A stretch of DNA of 58,440 nucleotides from the IMG/VR virus record IMGVR_UViG_3300027757_000006, positions 1 through 58,440 of that record; one strand, written 5' to 3'. The notes under the pieces are model-generated. The model was not told where the DNA came from. It worked only from the letters and a program-made list of their open reading frames with translations, and searched no databases. Every line of letters starts with the position of its first letter. Within the stretch, counting starts at the first letter, position 1. Shown here one piece after another: positions 1 through 9,673 of this stretch. The DNA comes from a virus (lineage: Duplodnaviria; Caudoviricetes). Made by a program: the position numbers and the translations under genes.

Positions 1-98
1 TGCTCGGCCTGGAGTGCTCGGCCTGGAGTGCTCGGCCTGGAGTGCTCGGCCTGGAGTGCTCGGCCTGGAGTGCTCGGCCTGGAGTGCTCGGCCTGGAG
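1..98. repeat. 14-bp tandem repeat (TGCTCGGCCTGGAG)x7, continuous with the array at the window end
   Basis: Read directly; the same unit with 2-nt variants occurs at 58373-58440, so the contig is probably a circle broken in this array. Confidence 0.97.
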
Positions 99-278
99 GT
101 TAAATATATCGTAAAATCCTATTCTTAAGTTGATGCGCTACTTTCTCCAATCTATTAATCGTAGCAAAATATTGTTGACAATAGTAGCCTCTTAAAAAAA
201 TATTTCAATAAAAAAAGTCGATGTAAAGTATTGACGCAAAGTTGACTAAATATATTTTCACAAACTAAAAATTTTTAA

Positions 279-322
279 GGGTCCTATTTGTCACTAACCA
301 CTGCGAGGGTATTCGGATCGCA
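279..322 (+). other. Putative cos site: cosQ-like GGGTCCT (279-285) and cosN-like dyad TGCGA-GGGTATTCGGA-TCGCA (302-322)
   Basis: GGGTCCT is the lambda cosQ sequence; the dyad lies 16 bp downstream (lambda ~17 bp); the site is just upstream of Nu1/gpA-type terminase genes. Confidence 0.65.
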
Positions 323-459
323 CCATAAGAGTAGGCAATACGCTGCAAAGTTGTTTCGATAATGCAAGACACACCTCGCCCAGTAACCGAAATAGCGAAA
401 TCGGATATTTTATCATTTTTATTCTTATCGCGCTATCTTCGTATTATCGTATTTGAATC

Positions 460-1017
460 ATGGCCCTCATTAGCAGATCCGAAGCCGCACGCGCATTGGG
501 CGTATCACCCGAAGCTGTCTATGCAGCAGTGAAAAGCGGAAGATTATCGGTCAAGAAAGACGCATATGGCAAGCCTGTTGTCGATAGTGAAACAATGCGA
601 GAGGAATGGGCCAGGAACACGCAGACGAGAATTGGAATCGGTCCAAAAGCCGCTGGCCCAGGCAAGGAGAAGAAGCCTTTGCGCAGTCGCGAGGAGAGAA
701 TGGCTTCAGGCAGTGAGCAGCCGAGGATCAGCAAGACTCAGGAGTCGATCCCCGACTATGACGAATCTCGCGCTCGAACGGAGCATTTAAAGGCAGAGCT
801 GCTTGAACTTGATCGACAGCAAAAAGAGGGGCTCCTGGTTAAAGCAGAGGACATTGCGCTTGAGTGGTCAGAAATTATCACTCGTGCAAGAACAAAGCTA
901 TTAGGGATACCAACCAAGGCAAAACAGCGAATACCAGACTTAGACACAGACGCTATTGGTGTTTTGGATGATATTGTGCGCGAAGCCTTAGAAGATTTAG
1001 CTGGTGACAGTGAATAA
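460..1017 (+). CDS. terS: Terminase small subunit (Nu1-like, N-terminal HTH)
   Basis: N-terminal HTH (SRSEAARALGVSPEAV), Nu1-like C-terminal coiled region, overlaps terL. Confidence 0.88.
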   Translation: MALISRSEAARALGVSPEAVYAAVKSGRLSVKKDAYGKPVVDSETMREEWARNTQTRIGIGPKAAGPGKEKKPLRSREERMASGSEQPRISKTQESIPDYDESRARTEHLKAELLELDRQQKEGLLVKAEDIALEWSEIITRARTKLLGIPTKAKQRIPDLDTDAIGVLDDIVREALEDLAGDSE

Positions 1018-2863
1018 CGTAGAAAAACTAAGAAAGTCAGCTGCTTTAGCGTTTAAACCGCCAAAAAAGATGACTTTAAGCGAGTGGGCGGACTCTTATG
1101 CCTACTTAAGCGCAGAATCGAGCGCAGAAGGCGGAAAATGGCACACGCTGCCTTATCAGAAGGGGATAATGGATGCGATCACGAATCCCAAGATCGAGCA
1201 GATCAGCGTGATGAAAAGTGCCCGTGTCGGGTACAGCAAAATTCTTAATCACGTCGCGGCCTTTCATATTCATCAGGATCCGTGCCCGATCATGATTGTG
1301 CAGCCCACGATTGAGGATGCACAGGGATACTCGAAGGAGGAGATCGCGCCAATGTTGCGCGATACGCCTTGCCTCAAGGGTGTAGTGAGCGAGGCCAAGT
1401 CAAAAGACGGAGCCAACACGATCCTGCAGAAGCAATTCCCTGGGGGGAGCCTGAGCCTGGTGGGCGCTAACAGTCCGCGTGGGTTTAGGCGTGTGAGTAG
1501 GCGAGTGGTGCTATTTGACGAGGTTGATGGTTATCCACCTTCGGCTGGCACCGAGGGAGACCAGATCAAGCTGGGCATTAGGCGTACTGAGTATTACTGG
1601 AACAGGAAGATCGTGGCGGGGTCAACGCCAACGGTTAAAGACTTCAGCCGTGTCGAGCGAATGTTTCTGCAGGGTGATCAGAGGCGCTATTTCGTTCCAT
1701 GCCCTGACTGCGGCCACATGCAGTACTTGAAATGGGCAAATATGAAATGGCACGACAACGACCCCGACACAGCTAGTTACTGCTGCGAAAGCTGTGGCGT
1801 ATGGATCCCAGCAGCAAAGAAACGTTGGATGGTTGAACGCGGTGAGTGGCGGCCCACCGCGCCTGGTAATGGTAAACATGTCTCATTCCATATTTGGGCG
1901 GCGTACAGCTATAGCCCCAATGCGAGCTGGTCAACACTGGTTGAAGAGTTTCTTGATGCGAAAAACGACGCAGAGCAGCTAAAGACATTCGTGAACACTG
2001 TTCTGGGCGAGACGTGGGAAGACGAATATGCGTCGAAGGTGGGCGCAGATGCTCTCAGCGAACGTTCAGCTGATGAAAAGTACAAGCAGGGCGTGGTGCC
2101 TGCGGAGGCATTGCTACTGACTGTCGGTTGCGACACTCAGGATGATCGGCTGTCACTCAGTGTTTGGGGATGGGGCCGCGAGGAGCAGGGTTGGTTGATT
2201 GACAGAGTGAAAATTTACGGCGACCCGTCGCGGAAAGACGTGTGGAAGCAGTTGGACGAGATTGTGCAGACGCCTTACAAGTCTGAGGATGGTCGTGAGT
2301 TGAAGCCAATGGTGGTAGCCATCGATAGCGGCGGCCACCACACCAGCGAGGTGTACCAGTATGCAAGGGAACGTCAGAGCTTGGGCGTTGTTGCGATCAA
2401 GGGCATGTCAACTAAAAACAAGCCGCCAATTGGCAAGGCAAGTAAGGTTGACCTAAACGCAAAGGGCAAAACGCTCAAGAAGGGAGCGCAGGTGTTCCCG
2501 GTTGGATCGGACACGATTAAGTCATTATTATTCGGCAGATTGAAGCACAACGATGTCGGGCCAGGGTATTTGCATTTCTATCCAACGGTTGATAAAGATT
2601 ATTTCGAGGAGTTGACTGCAGAGAAGCAGGTACTCAGGTTCAGGAATGGATTCCCTGAGCGTATTTGGGTAAAAAAAAGCAGTGCAAGAAACGAAGCATT
2701 GGATGAGCTTGTTTACGCTTACGCGGCGTTAAATCGCGTGTATCAAATCAAAGATCGTCGAACGCTATGGGATCAGATGGAAAAGTCACCCGAAGAACGA
2801 AAAGAGTCCAAGCGTACAGCTTCGGCAGCGCGGACCCAGAAAAGTTTCGTTAATCATTGGTAG
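1004..2863 (+). CDS. terL: Terminase large subunit, lambda gpA family
   Basis: MKSARVGYS Walker A, VVLFDEVD Walker B, STPT motif, CPDCG/CCESCG Zn motifs, RNEALD nuclease motif. Confidence 0.97.
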   Translation: MTVNNVEKLRKSAALAFKPPKKMTLSEWADSYAYLSAESSAEGGKWHTLPYQKGIMDAITNPKIEQISVMKSARVGYSKILNHVAAFHIHQDPCPIMIVQPTIEDAQGYSKEEIAPMLRDTPCLKGVVSEAKSKDGANTILQKQFPGGSLSLVGANSPRGFRRVSRRVVLFDEVDGYPPSAGTEGDQIKLGIRRTEYYWNRKIVAGSTPTVKDFSRVERMFLQGDQRRYFVPCPDCGHMQYLKWANMKWHDNDPDTASYCCESCGVWIPAAKKRWMVERGEWRPTAPGNGKHVSFHIWAAYSYSPNASWSTLVEEFLDAKNDAEQLKTFVNTVLGETWEDEYASKVGADALSERSADEKYKQGVVPAEALLLTVGCDTQDDRLSLSVWGWGREEQGWLIDRVKIYGDPSRKDVWKQLDEIVQTPYKSEDGRELKPMVVAIDSGGHHTSEVYQYARERQSLGVVAIKGMSTKNKPPIGKASKVDLNAKGKTLKKGAQVFPVGSDTIKSLLFGRLKHNDVGPGYLHFYPTVDKDYFEELTAEKQVLRFRNGFPERIWVKKSSARNEALDELVYAYAALNRVYQIKDRRTLWDQMEKSPEERKESKRTASAARTQKSFVNHW

Positions 2864-2898
2864 GAGTTAGACTGCTGAATATCAAATGCTCTCTTTAG

Positions 2899-3486
2899 AT
2901 GGGAATCCCTCCATCCATAACTAGCGGCGTGGATACGGTGTGGACTGATTCCGAGACCGTTGACGTTTTTGGAGATGCTGTAACTAGCTCTACGCATAGT
3001 CTTGTCTATTATTTTCGACTAAATACAAACGCTCAAGGTCTGACGGCAACATCAGTCGCTTACGACAGCGGTTGGAAAACAACTTTAAGCGCATCTGAAA
3101 CTGCATCGGTTGTCGCAAGCCCCGACTGGTTCTTTCAGGCTGTGCTGACCAAGACTGGCGAAAACATTATTCAGGAGTACAGCCGGGGCCAGATCGAGTT
3201 TCAGCCTTCTTTGTCCTATTCGGGTACGCCCGGCGCTTTTGACGGGAGGACTCAGGCACAGAAAGATCTTGATGCTGTAAAAACAGCTATTCGAGCTTTG
3301 CTTGGTGGCGGCGCGGTTCAAGAGTACAGAATCGGGACGCGAAATTTAAAGCGATACGATATTTCGGAACTTCTGGTGTTAGAGACTAGGCTGAAGTCGA
3401 TAGTGGCTAAGGAAAACAAAGCCAAGATGATCGCTTCAGGATTGGGCGATCCTAAAAATCTGTATGTTCGCTTTGGTCAAGGCTGA
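2899..3486 (+). CDS. Head-tail joining protein, gpW-like C-terminus with N-terminal extension
   Basis: VQEYRIGTRNLKRYDISEL resembles gpW; lies between terL and portal. Confidence 0.7.
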   Translation: MGIPPSITSGVDTVWTDSETVDVFGDAVTSSTHSLVYYFRLNTNAQGLTATSVAYDSGWKTTLSASETASVVASPDWFFQAVLTKTGENIIQEYSRGQIEFQPSLSYSGTPGAFDGRTQAQKDLDAVKTAIRALLGGGAVQEYRIGTRNLKRYDISELLVLETRLKSIVAKENKAKMIASGLGDPKNLYVRFGQG

Positions 3487-4973
3487 TGGGATTAAGAACA
3501 AACTTACTTAGAAGATTTGGCTTACGGCCTATCCCTGTCGAGCAGCGCAGGCGCAGGCGCAGGCGCAGTTATGCAGGTGCTTTTGTCTCTCGCCTGACAA
3601 GCGACTGGATGAGCACTCAAGCTAGTGCTGACGCTGAAATACTCACAAGCATCAGGAAGCTGCGAGACCGCTCCCGCGAGATGGTGCGGAACAATCCTTA
3701 TGCAAAGCAGGCAAAACGCACGACTCAAGTCAACGTTGTTGGCAGTGGGATCAAGCTTCAATCTCAAGTGCAGCAACTTAGGGGCAGGAAGCTAAACGAT
3801 TCAGTCAATCGCTTGATTGAAGAAAAGTGGCGTTTATGGACCCGTGCGCAACATTGCGACGTAGCGGGTCGGCACAGTTTTCACATGATGGAATGGCTTG
3901 CCACTGGTGCCTTGCCAGAGTCAGGCGAGGCATTGTTCAGGATCATAAGGCGTCCGTTTGGCAACAGTAAGGTGCCATTGGCTCTTGAAATGCTTGAGTC
4001 TGACGTGCTGGATGAGGAGTACCAAGGCCCGACTCTTTCTAGAAGCAATGAGTGGAGAATGGGTGTCGAAATTAATGAATGGGGCCGCCCAGTACGTTAT
4101 GCGTTTTTAACTCGTCACCCTGGCGATTCTTGGTTCCAGAATGTTTCAGAGAAAGATGGTAAGCATGTATTTCTTCCAGCAGCGGATGTAATTCATTTAT
4201 TTTTACCGGAGCGGCCACAGCAGAATCGGGGTGTGCCTTGGTTCCATCCTGTGATGGTTGACGCGCATCAGCTGGCAGGATATGAACAAGCCGCTGTCGT
4301 TCGTGCTCGCGCTGGCGCAAGTGTCATGGGCTTTATCACTAGCCCAGAAGGCGAGCTTGACGGGGATGATGTTGAAGACAGCCGCCGGATTAGTGAGTTT
4401 GAGCCTGGTATGTGGAAGTATTTAGAGCCTGGTCAGAATGTTGAAGTTCCAGACATCGGCTCACCTGACCAGCAATTCGAGATGTTTGTTAAAAACAAAG
4501 TACGTCGTTTTGCTTCAGGTTTTGGCTGTAGTTATGAGACATTGAGTCGTGATTTTTCAGACACTAATTACAGCAGCAGCCGTTTAAGCCTCTTGGAAGA
4601 CAGAGAGCACTGGAAAGTCGTCCAGGGGTATTTGATTGAAAATTTTCACATGAGAGTGTTCCGTGAGTGGCTTGGCTTGGCTGTGCTTGCTGGAGAGTTA
4701 CCGTTCACCGATTACGAGGAAAGGCCAGAGCGATACGACACACCCAGATGGATGGCGCGTGGATGGGATTGGGTTGACCCTCTCAAAGAGGCTAAAGCTT
4801 ACCGTGAGATGGAAAATGCGGGCTATTATACGAAGGCTCAAATCGTTTCAAGGTTAGGAGGAGACTTCTACGACAACTTGAGTGAAATTGCTATGGAACA
4901 GCAAGCAGCCCGTGATCTTAACGTTGAGCTTGATCGAGACATTATCGAGCAGCCCCCAGAGGTAATTGAGTGA
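3486..4973 (+). CDS. Portal protein, lambda family
   Basis: LRDRSREMVRNNPYA, RPQQNRGVPW, NYSSSR and WVDPLKE motifs; synteny. Confidence 0.96.
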   Translation: MGLRTNLLRRFGLRPIPVEQRRRRRRRSYAGAFVSRLTSDWMSTQASADAEILTSIRKLRDRSREMVRNNPYAKQAKRTTQVNVVGSGIKLQSQVQQLRGRKLNDSVNRLIEEKWRLWTRAQHCDVAGRHSFHMMEWLATGALPESGEALFRIIRRPFGNSKVPLALEMLESDVLDEEYQGPTLSRSNEWRMGVEINEWGRPVRYAFLTRHPGDSWFQNVSEKDGKHVFLPAADVIHLFLPERPQQNRGVPWFHPVMVDAHQLAGYEQAAVVRARAGASVMGFITSPEGELDGDDVEDSRRISEFEPGMWKYLEPGQNVEVPDIGSPDQQFEMFVKNKVRRFASGFGCSYETLSRDFSDTNYSSSRLSLLEDREHWKVVQGYLIENFHMRVFREWLGLAVLAGELPFTDYEERPERYDTPRWMARGWDWVDPLKEAKAYREMENAGYYTKAQIVSRLGGDFYDNLSEIAMEQQAARDLNVELDRDIIEQPPEVIE

Positions 4974-7435
4974 TGCCATTTAAGCCAAACGATGGAATGC
5001 GTGAAGAAGCGCAGCGTTACAAAGACTGGAAATCAGACGGCAGGAAAGGCGGCACTGAAGTCGCAGCTCGCCGCGCAACTCAAATCTTGAGCGGCAATGA
5101 GTTGAGCGATGAAACAGTAATCAAGATGAGCGCATGGTTTGCGCGTCATGAAGTAGACAAGCAAGCTGAAGGATTCAGTCCAGGAGAAGATGGCTACCCC
5201 TCGCCAGGAAGAGTCGCTTGGGCTGCTTGGGGCGGCGATTCTGGTAAAACATGGTCAGACCGCATTGTTAAATCCATGGATCGTTCAATCACCCAAGAAG
5301 AGGTTCGCGCCGAGCCTGACGCTTTAGACGTTGGAGATTTTGTGCGCTGGAGTTCTTCTGGTGGCAATGCTCAGGGACGCATTACAAGAATTGTTCGTGA
5401 TGGCCAGCTAGAGGTGCCTGGCGCAGAAGTTACTATTAATGGAGAAGAGGATGATCCTGCCGCATTAATTAGGATTTATCGCGAAGGAGACGAAGGATGG
5501 CAAGAGACCGATGTTTATGCAGGGCATAAGTTCAGTACACTGAACAAGATCGAAGCATTACGCGAGATGGAGGGACAAGAGGAGGTGCATTATGCGGCCT
5601 TTGATGAAGAACATCAGAAATTGTCCCGTGATCTGGAAGGTAAGACCTTTCAGCGTGTCGAAGCTACCAGCTTCCGCATGGTTGATGAAAAGAGCATGGA
5701 GTTTCCATTCAGCTCTGAATATCCCGTGGCTCGTTATTTTGGAAACGAAATCCTGAGCCATGGCAGCGAGTCCGCCAACCTTGAGCGGCTCAATGACGGC
5801 GCACCGCTTCTTTATAACCACGATCCAGACCGCATGATCGGCGTTGTCGAGCGTGCTTGGATTGATGGAGAAAAGAAGCGGGGTTATGCCAAGGTGCGCT
5901 TCTCGCGTAATAAATTTGCGCAAGAAGTGCTCCAAGACGTTCGTGATGGAATCCTTCGCGGCGTTTCTTTCGGCTACTCCATTGATAAAATGGAAGAGCG
6001 TGAAAGTGATTTTGTAGCGACGAATTGGCGTCCCTATGAAGTAAGTCTGGTCAGCATTCCTGCTGATCCGACAGTCGGAGTTGGACGCTCTCTTGAGACG
6101 GACGATTCTGACCTAGACAATGGAGTTGAACGTTCCTTAGAGGAACTCGGCTCTGAGACTGCGGCTTCACCCGCATCACCTGAAAACACAATGACTGAGG
6201 TCATCATGGAAAACACTCCAGATCTGGAGGTGATCCGGTCCGAGGCCGTAGAGGCCGAACGTGACCGTGCTACCTCTATCACTCAAATCGGTGAGCGTCA
6301 CAAGCTCCCTGACATGGCACGCGACTTGATCAACGGCGGCAAGTCTGTTGATGAGGCCCGTGCTGCATTTCTCGAAAAAATCGGCACTCAAACCGTGGAA
6401 CACAGCATCAGCGTCACTGGTAACGACATCGGCCTCTCTGATAAGGAGACCCGTAGCTTCAGCTTCGTCAAAGCTCTGAACTATCTCTCTAACCAGGGTG
6501 ATGCTCAGGCTCGTCGCGATGCAGCATTTGAAATTGAAGTTGGTGAGGCTGCTGCTAAGAAGTACGAGCGTTCTTCAAACGGCATTGTCATCCCTAATGA
6601 AGTCCTTCGTCGCGATTTGGTTGTAGGCACTCCTACAGCTGGTGGTGACTTGGTTGACGACGTGCTTCTCTCAGGAAGCTTCATCGACCTGCTTCGTAAC
6701 CGCTTGTCAATTGCTCAAGCTGGCGCAACGATGCTGACCGGCCTCCAAGGCAATGTCTCAATTCCTCGCCAGACAAGCGCGAGCACTGCTTACTGGGTTG
6801 GCGAAAACGCTTCTCCTACCGAGTCCCAGCAGGCAATTGATCAAGTCAACATGACACCCAAGACAGTGGGTGCTTTCGTTGACTACTCAAGGCGTCTTCT
6901 GCTTCAAAGCAGCATCGACGTTGAAGGCATGATTCGTAACGATCTTGCTCGCGTCATTGCCCTTGAGATTGATCGCGCTGCTGTTTACGGCACCGGTTCT
7001 TCCAACCAGCCTCAGGGTCTGACTAACGTCAGCGGTATTGGATCTGAGACTTTGACCAACTTTGGAAGTTTTGATGAGTACATTGCAATGGAGACCGACG
7101 TTGCTGCGGCTAACGGTGACATTGGCACAATGCGCTACATCATCAACGCTTCCGCTCGCGGTGCTCTGAAGTCAACTGAAAAGGCTTCAAACACTGCTCA
7201 GTTCGTTTACGAAAACGATGAAATCAACGGTTACCCTGTGATCGTTTCCAACCAGTTGCTCAACAACGATGCACTGTTTGGCGATTTCTCACAGTTCGTG
7301 ATGGGCATGTGGTCAGGCTTGGATCTGACTGTTGATCCTTACGCTGGCGCAACTGCTGGTACTGTTCGCGTCATTGCTCTTCAGGATATTGACTTTGCTG
7401 TCAAGCAGCCTGCATGTTTCTGCTTCGCTAGCTGA
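4970..7435 (+). CDS. Prohead protease (HK97/S78)-major capsid protein fusion with two extra N-terminal domains
   Basis: Protease motifs PLLYNHD, GVSFGY, EVSLVSIPAD; HK97-fold capsid C-half (WVGEN, FGDFS); internal GAGG-N5-ATG at 6206. Confidence 0.93.
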   Translation: MMPFKPNDGMREEAQRYKDWKSDGRKGGTEVAARRATQILSGNELSDETVIKMSAWFARHEVDKQAEGFSPGEDGYPSPGRVAWAAWGGDSGKTWSDRIVKSMDRSITQEEVRAEPDALDVGDFVRWSSSGGNAQGRITRIVRDGQLEVPGAEVTINGEEDDPAALIRIYREGDEGWQETDVYAGHKFSTLNKIEALREMEGQEEVHYAAFDEEHQKLSRDLEGKTFQRVEATSFRMVDEKSMEFPFSSEYPVARYFGNEILSHGSESANLERLNDGAPLLYNHDPDRMIGVVERAWIDGEKKRGYAKVRFSRNKFAQEVLQDVRDGILRGVSFGYSIDKMEERESDFVATNWRPYEVSLVSIPADPTVGVGRSLETDDSDLDNGVERSLEELGSETAASPASPENTMTEVIMENTPDLEVIRSEAVEAERDRATSITQIGERHKLPDMARDLINGGKSVDEARAAFLEKIGTQTVEHSISVTGNDIGLSDKETRSFSFVKALNYLSNQGDAQARRDAAFEIEVGEAAAKKYERSSNGIVIPNEVLRRDLVVGTPTAGGDLVDDVLLSGSFIDLLRNRLSIAQAGATMLTGLQGNVSIPRQTSASTAYWVGENASPTESQQAIDQVNMTPKTVGAFVDYSRRLLLQSSIDVEGMIRNDLARVIALEIDRAAVYGTGSSNQPQGLTNVSGIGSETLTNFGSFDEYIAMETDVAAANGDIGTMRYIINASARGALKSTEKASNTAQFVYENDEINGYPVIVSNQLLNNDALFGDFSQFVMGMWSGLDLTVDPYAGATAGTVRVIALQDIDFAVKQPACFCFAS

Positions 7436-7440
7436 ACAAC

Positions 7441-7665
7441 ATGAAAGTTGAGATCACACGCGGAGTGATGATCAACGGGGAGTCTGTAAAAGCAGGCTCC
7501 TTTATTGAAGTTGATCAGCAGATAGCGAATATTCTTTTCAATAGCGGCAAAGCAAAAGTTGCTGTTGAGAAGACAACAAATTCGGTTTCTGAAGCTACCG
7601 ATTCTTGCAAAACTGTGCCTCGTTCAAAGCGAGGACGTTCTAAAACTTCTTTTGGAGAAGACTGA
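7441..7665 (+). CDS. Small capsid-adjacent protein
   Basis: Short ORF directly after the capsid gene, TGATG-coupled to the next gene. Confidence 0.65.
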   Translation: MKVEITRGVMINGESVKAGSFIEVDQQIANILFNSGKAKVAVEKTTNSVSEATDSCKTVPRSKRGRSKTSFGED

Positions 7666-8036
7666 TGACAATTCTTTCTGTAGGGCTTGAAAAGCTTTCG
7701 CATTTTGCGCTAGCACCTACTGCTTCACGTACTTCTGCTCTTGACGGCACTGCTGTTGACTTGAATGATTACGAAGGCGACATTTGCGTGATTCTCGATG
7801 TCGAGAATGGCGGAACATCAACTTTAGATGTCAAGATTCAGTCAGCTGACACTTCCGGTGGGACTTACTCTGATGTCCCTGACACTTCTTTCACTCAAGT
7901 GAGCACAAGCGCAAGCAAGCAGACGCTTGTTTTCCCAAAGGGTAGCGCCAAGCGCTTTATCAAAGCTGTTTCAACAGTTTCAACTTCAACTCATACCTAC
8001 AGCGTCAATGCTTTTGGTGCGCTGAAGTACGCTTGA
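7665..8036 (+). CDS. Putative head decoration / spike-base protein
   Basis: Beta-rich 123 aa (TLDVKIQSADTSGGTYSDV) following the capsid gene. Confidence 0.6.
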   Translation: MTILSVGLEKLSHFALAPTASRTSALDGTAVDLNDYEGDICVILDVENGGTSTLDVKIQSADTSGGTYSDVPDTSFTQVSTSASKQTLVFPKGSAKRFIKAVSTVSTSTHTYSVNAFGALKYA

Positions 8037-8045
8037 TAGTTTTAT

Positions 8046-8072
8046 GCGTCTGACATAAGTCGGGCGCTTTTT
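8046..8072 (+). terminator. Rho-independent terminator
   Basis: GCGTCTGAC-ATAA-GTCGGGCGC stem (with G-U pairs) followed by TTTTT. Confidence 0.75.
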
Positions 8073-8127
8073 CATGCTTTGATAAGGCTAGTCAGTTATG
8101 ATGTTCAAGTAAGGAGCTAGGCGAGAG

Positions 8128-8322
8128 ATGAGCCTTCCACGAATTGGTGGTTTTTCGGCCCCAGCAACTGCAGATTTTGCTGACCTTGACTATGACGGTA
8201 GCAGCCGGGTAGTTACGATTACCTACAAACAGGGCGGTTCTGGTGGTGTTGTGGTTGGCGTGTTGAATATTACTTATGTCGGTGCTAGTACCGATGTTGA
8301 TACTGTTTACTGGACTATCTGA
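8128..8322 (+). CDS. Small virion structural protein
   Basis: Beta-rich 64 aa, first gene of the fibre cassette. Confidence 0.6.
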   Translation: MSLPRIGGFSAPATADFADLDYDGSSRVVTITYKQGGSGGVVVGVLNITYVGASTDVDTVYWTI

Positions 8323-8324
8323 TC

Positions 8325-9020
8325 ATGGCGTATAAGTACAATCCACTACTAGGAGTCGGTCTCGACGAAGTAGGAGCAGGCGGCGGCGCTGCCACTCCTG
8401 GCGGTGCGGACACCCAAGTTCAATTTAACGATGGTGGAGCACTTGGCGGTGACGCAGGTCTCACCTACGACAAAACGACAGACAAGCTTACTGTTGCCGG
8501 TGACATTGATCTAGACGACGGCGGAACATTTAGCACCACGTTGCAGACGGTAACACCAACTGCTAACCGGACAGTCTCAATTCCTGATGCAACTGGAACG
8601 ATTGGTCTGGTCAATGGTCCTACTGGCAGTATCCAGTTTAATCAAGCCGGTGCATTAAGCGGCACCAGTGATTTTAGTACGACGCTGGATTGGAATAATG
8701 CAACAACAACATTTACAGGGCTGAAGTTAAATGTAACCAATACTGCAAGCGCTGCTAATAGCAACCTGCTGGATTTGCAGGTGAATGGGACGAGCGTTGC
8801 TTCAATAAGTACCAATGGTTCTACCGGCACCGGCTATCTAAAACTAATCCCCACAACAGTTGGCGCATTAACTGCAGCTGCAACTGTTGGTGCAGGTACT
8901 AAAGCTTTTGTGACGGACTCAACTAGCACGCTTAGTTCTCACCACGGCCAAGCTGTTGTCGGCGGTGGTAGTAATTTCGTGCCGGTCTTTAGCGACGGCA
9001 CTAACTGGATCGTCGGCTGA
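8325..9020 (+). CDS. Fibre-like virion protein
   Basis: PGGADTQVQFNDGG fibre motif, VPVFSDGTNWIVG C-terminus, G/T-rich. Confidence 0.7.
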   Translation: MAYKYNPLLGVGLDEVGAGGGAATPGGADTQVQFNDGGALGGDAGLTYDKTTDKLTVAGDIDLDDGGTFSTTLQTVTPTANRTVSIPDATGTIGLVNGPTGSIQFNQAGALSGTSDFSTTLDWNNATTTFTGLKLNVTNTASAANSNLLDLQVNGTSVASISTNGSTGTGYLKLIPTTVGALTAAATVGAGTKAFVTDSTSTLSSHHGQAVVGGGSNFVPVFSDGTNWIVG

Positions 9021-9673
9021 TGACATCCTCTGCAAACTTCGCTTCCGACCGAACCATGGACACGCTTTCTCTCACACTGACCAACACCCGCGTTATTGAC
9101 GGGTTGATCTTTGCCGCTAATTCTGTTGGCAAAACACCTGAAGCTTATGCTGAATGGTTACTAGACAACGACGGCTATCGTTATGCCGACGCCAACTCTT
9201 ATGGTGTCGTAACAAGTGCAGGATTCTTTGCACGTTTCACACCAACTGAATATGCAGCGGTGCTTGCAGCTTCTGTCGATACGGTAGAAGTACCAGAGAA
9301 GATTGGCGGTGTTCCAACTGAGGAACAATACGATGCATACCAAGTAGCAGTTCTTCAGTATTCAATACTGGAGAATCCTACGGCTGAAGAAACTGCAACG
9401 TATGAAGCGGCCCTTGAAGCGTATGAACTGGCTACCACTGCTGAAAATCAAACCGAGGTTGATGCAGCTGAAGCACAGAATGCAGCCGCTAATGCAGTGA
9501 AAGCATTGCTTGATGAATTAACAGCTGCTGAAAAAGTAGCACTTGATGATCAACGTGTTGCTGATGGTCTTGCACTGTTAGTCAGCATGGAATTGCTTGC
9601 ACCTGGACGACCAGCTGAAATTACTGCGTATGAGCGCCCATTCCCTGTGATTACACAGGAGATCGAACAATGA
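9020..9673 (+). CDS. Hypothetical acidic protein, possible fibre assembly chaperone
   Basis: FFARFTPTEY motif and position inside the fibre cassette. Confidence 0.5.
   Translation: MTSSANFASDRTMDTLSLTLTNTRVIDGLIFAANSVGKTPEAYAEWLLDNDGYRYADANSYGVVTSAGFFARFTPTEYAAVLAASVDTVEVPEKIGGVPTEEQYDAYQVAVLQYSILENPTAEETATYEAALEAYELATTAENQTEVDAAEAQNAAANAVKALLDELTAAEKVALDDQRVADGLALLVSMELLAPGRPAEITAYERPFPVITQEIEQ

Noticed and set aside
1-98. True terminal direct repeats (T7/T5-type)
   Set aside because: The end identity is a short tandem unit typical of an assembly break, and the terminase type and cosQ/cosN motif favour cohesive ends
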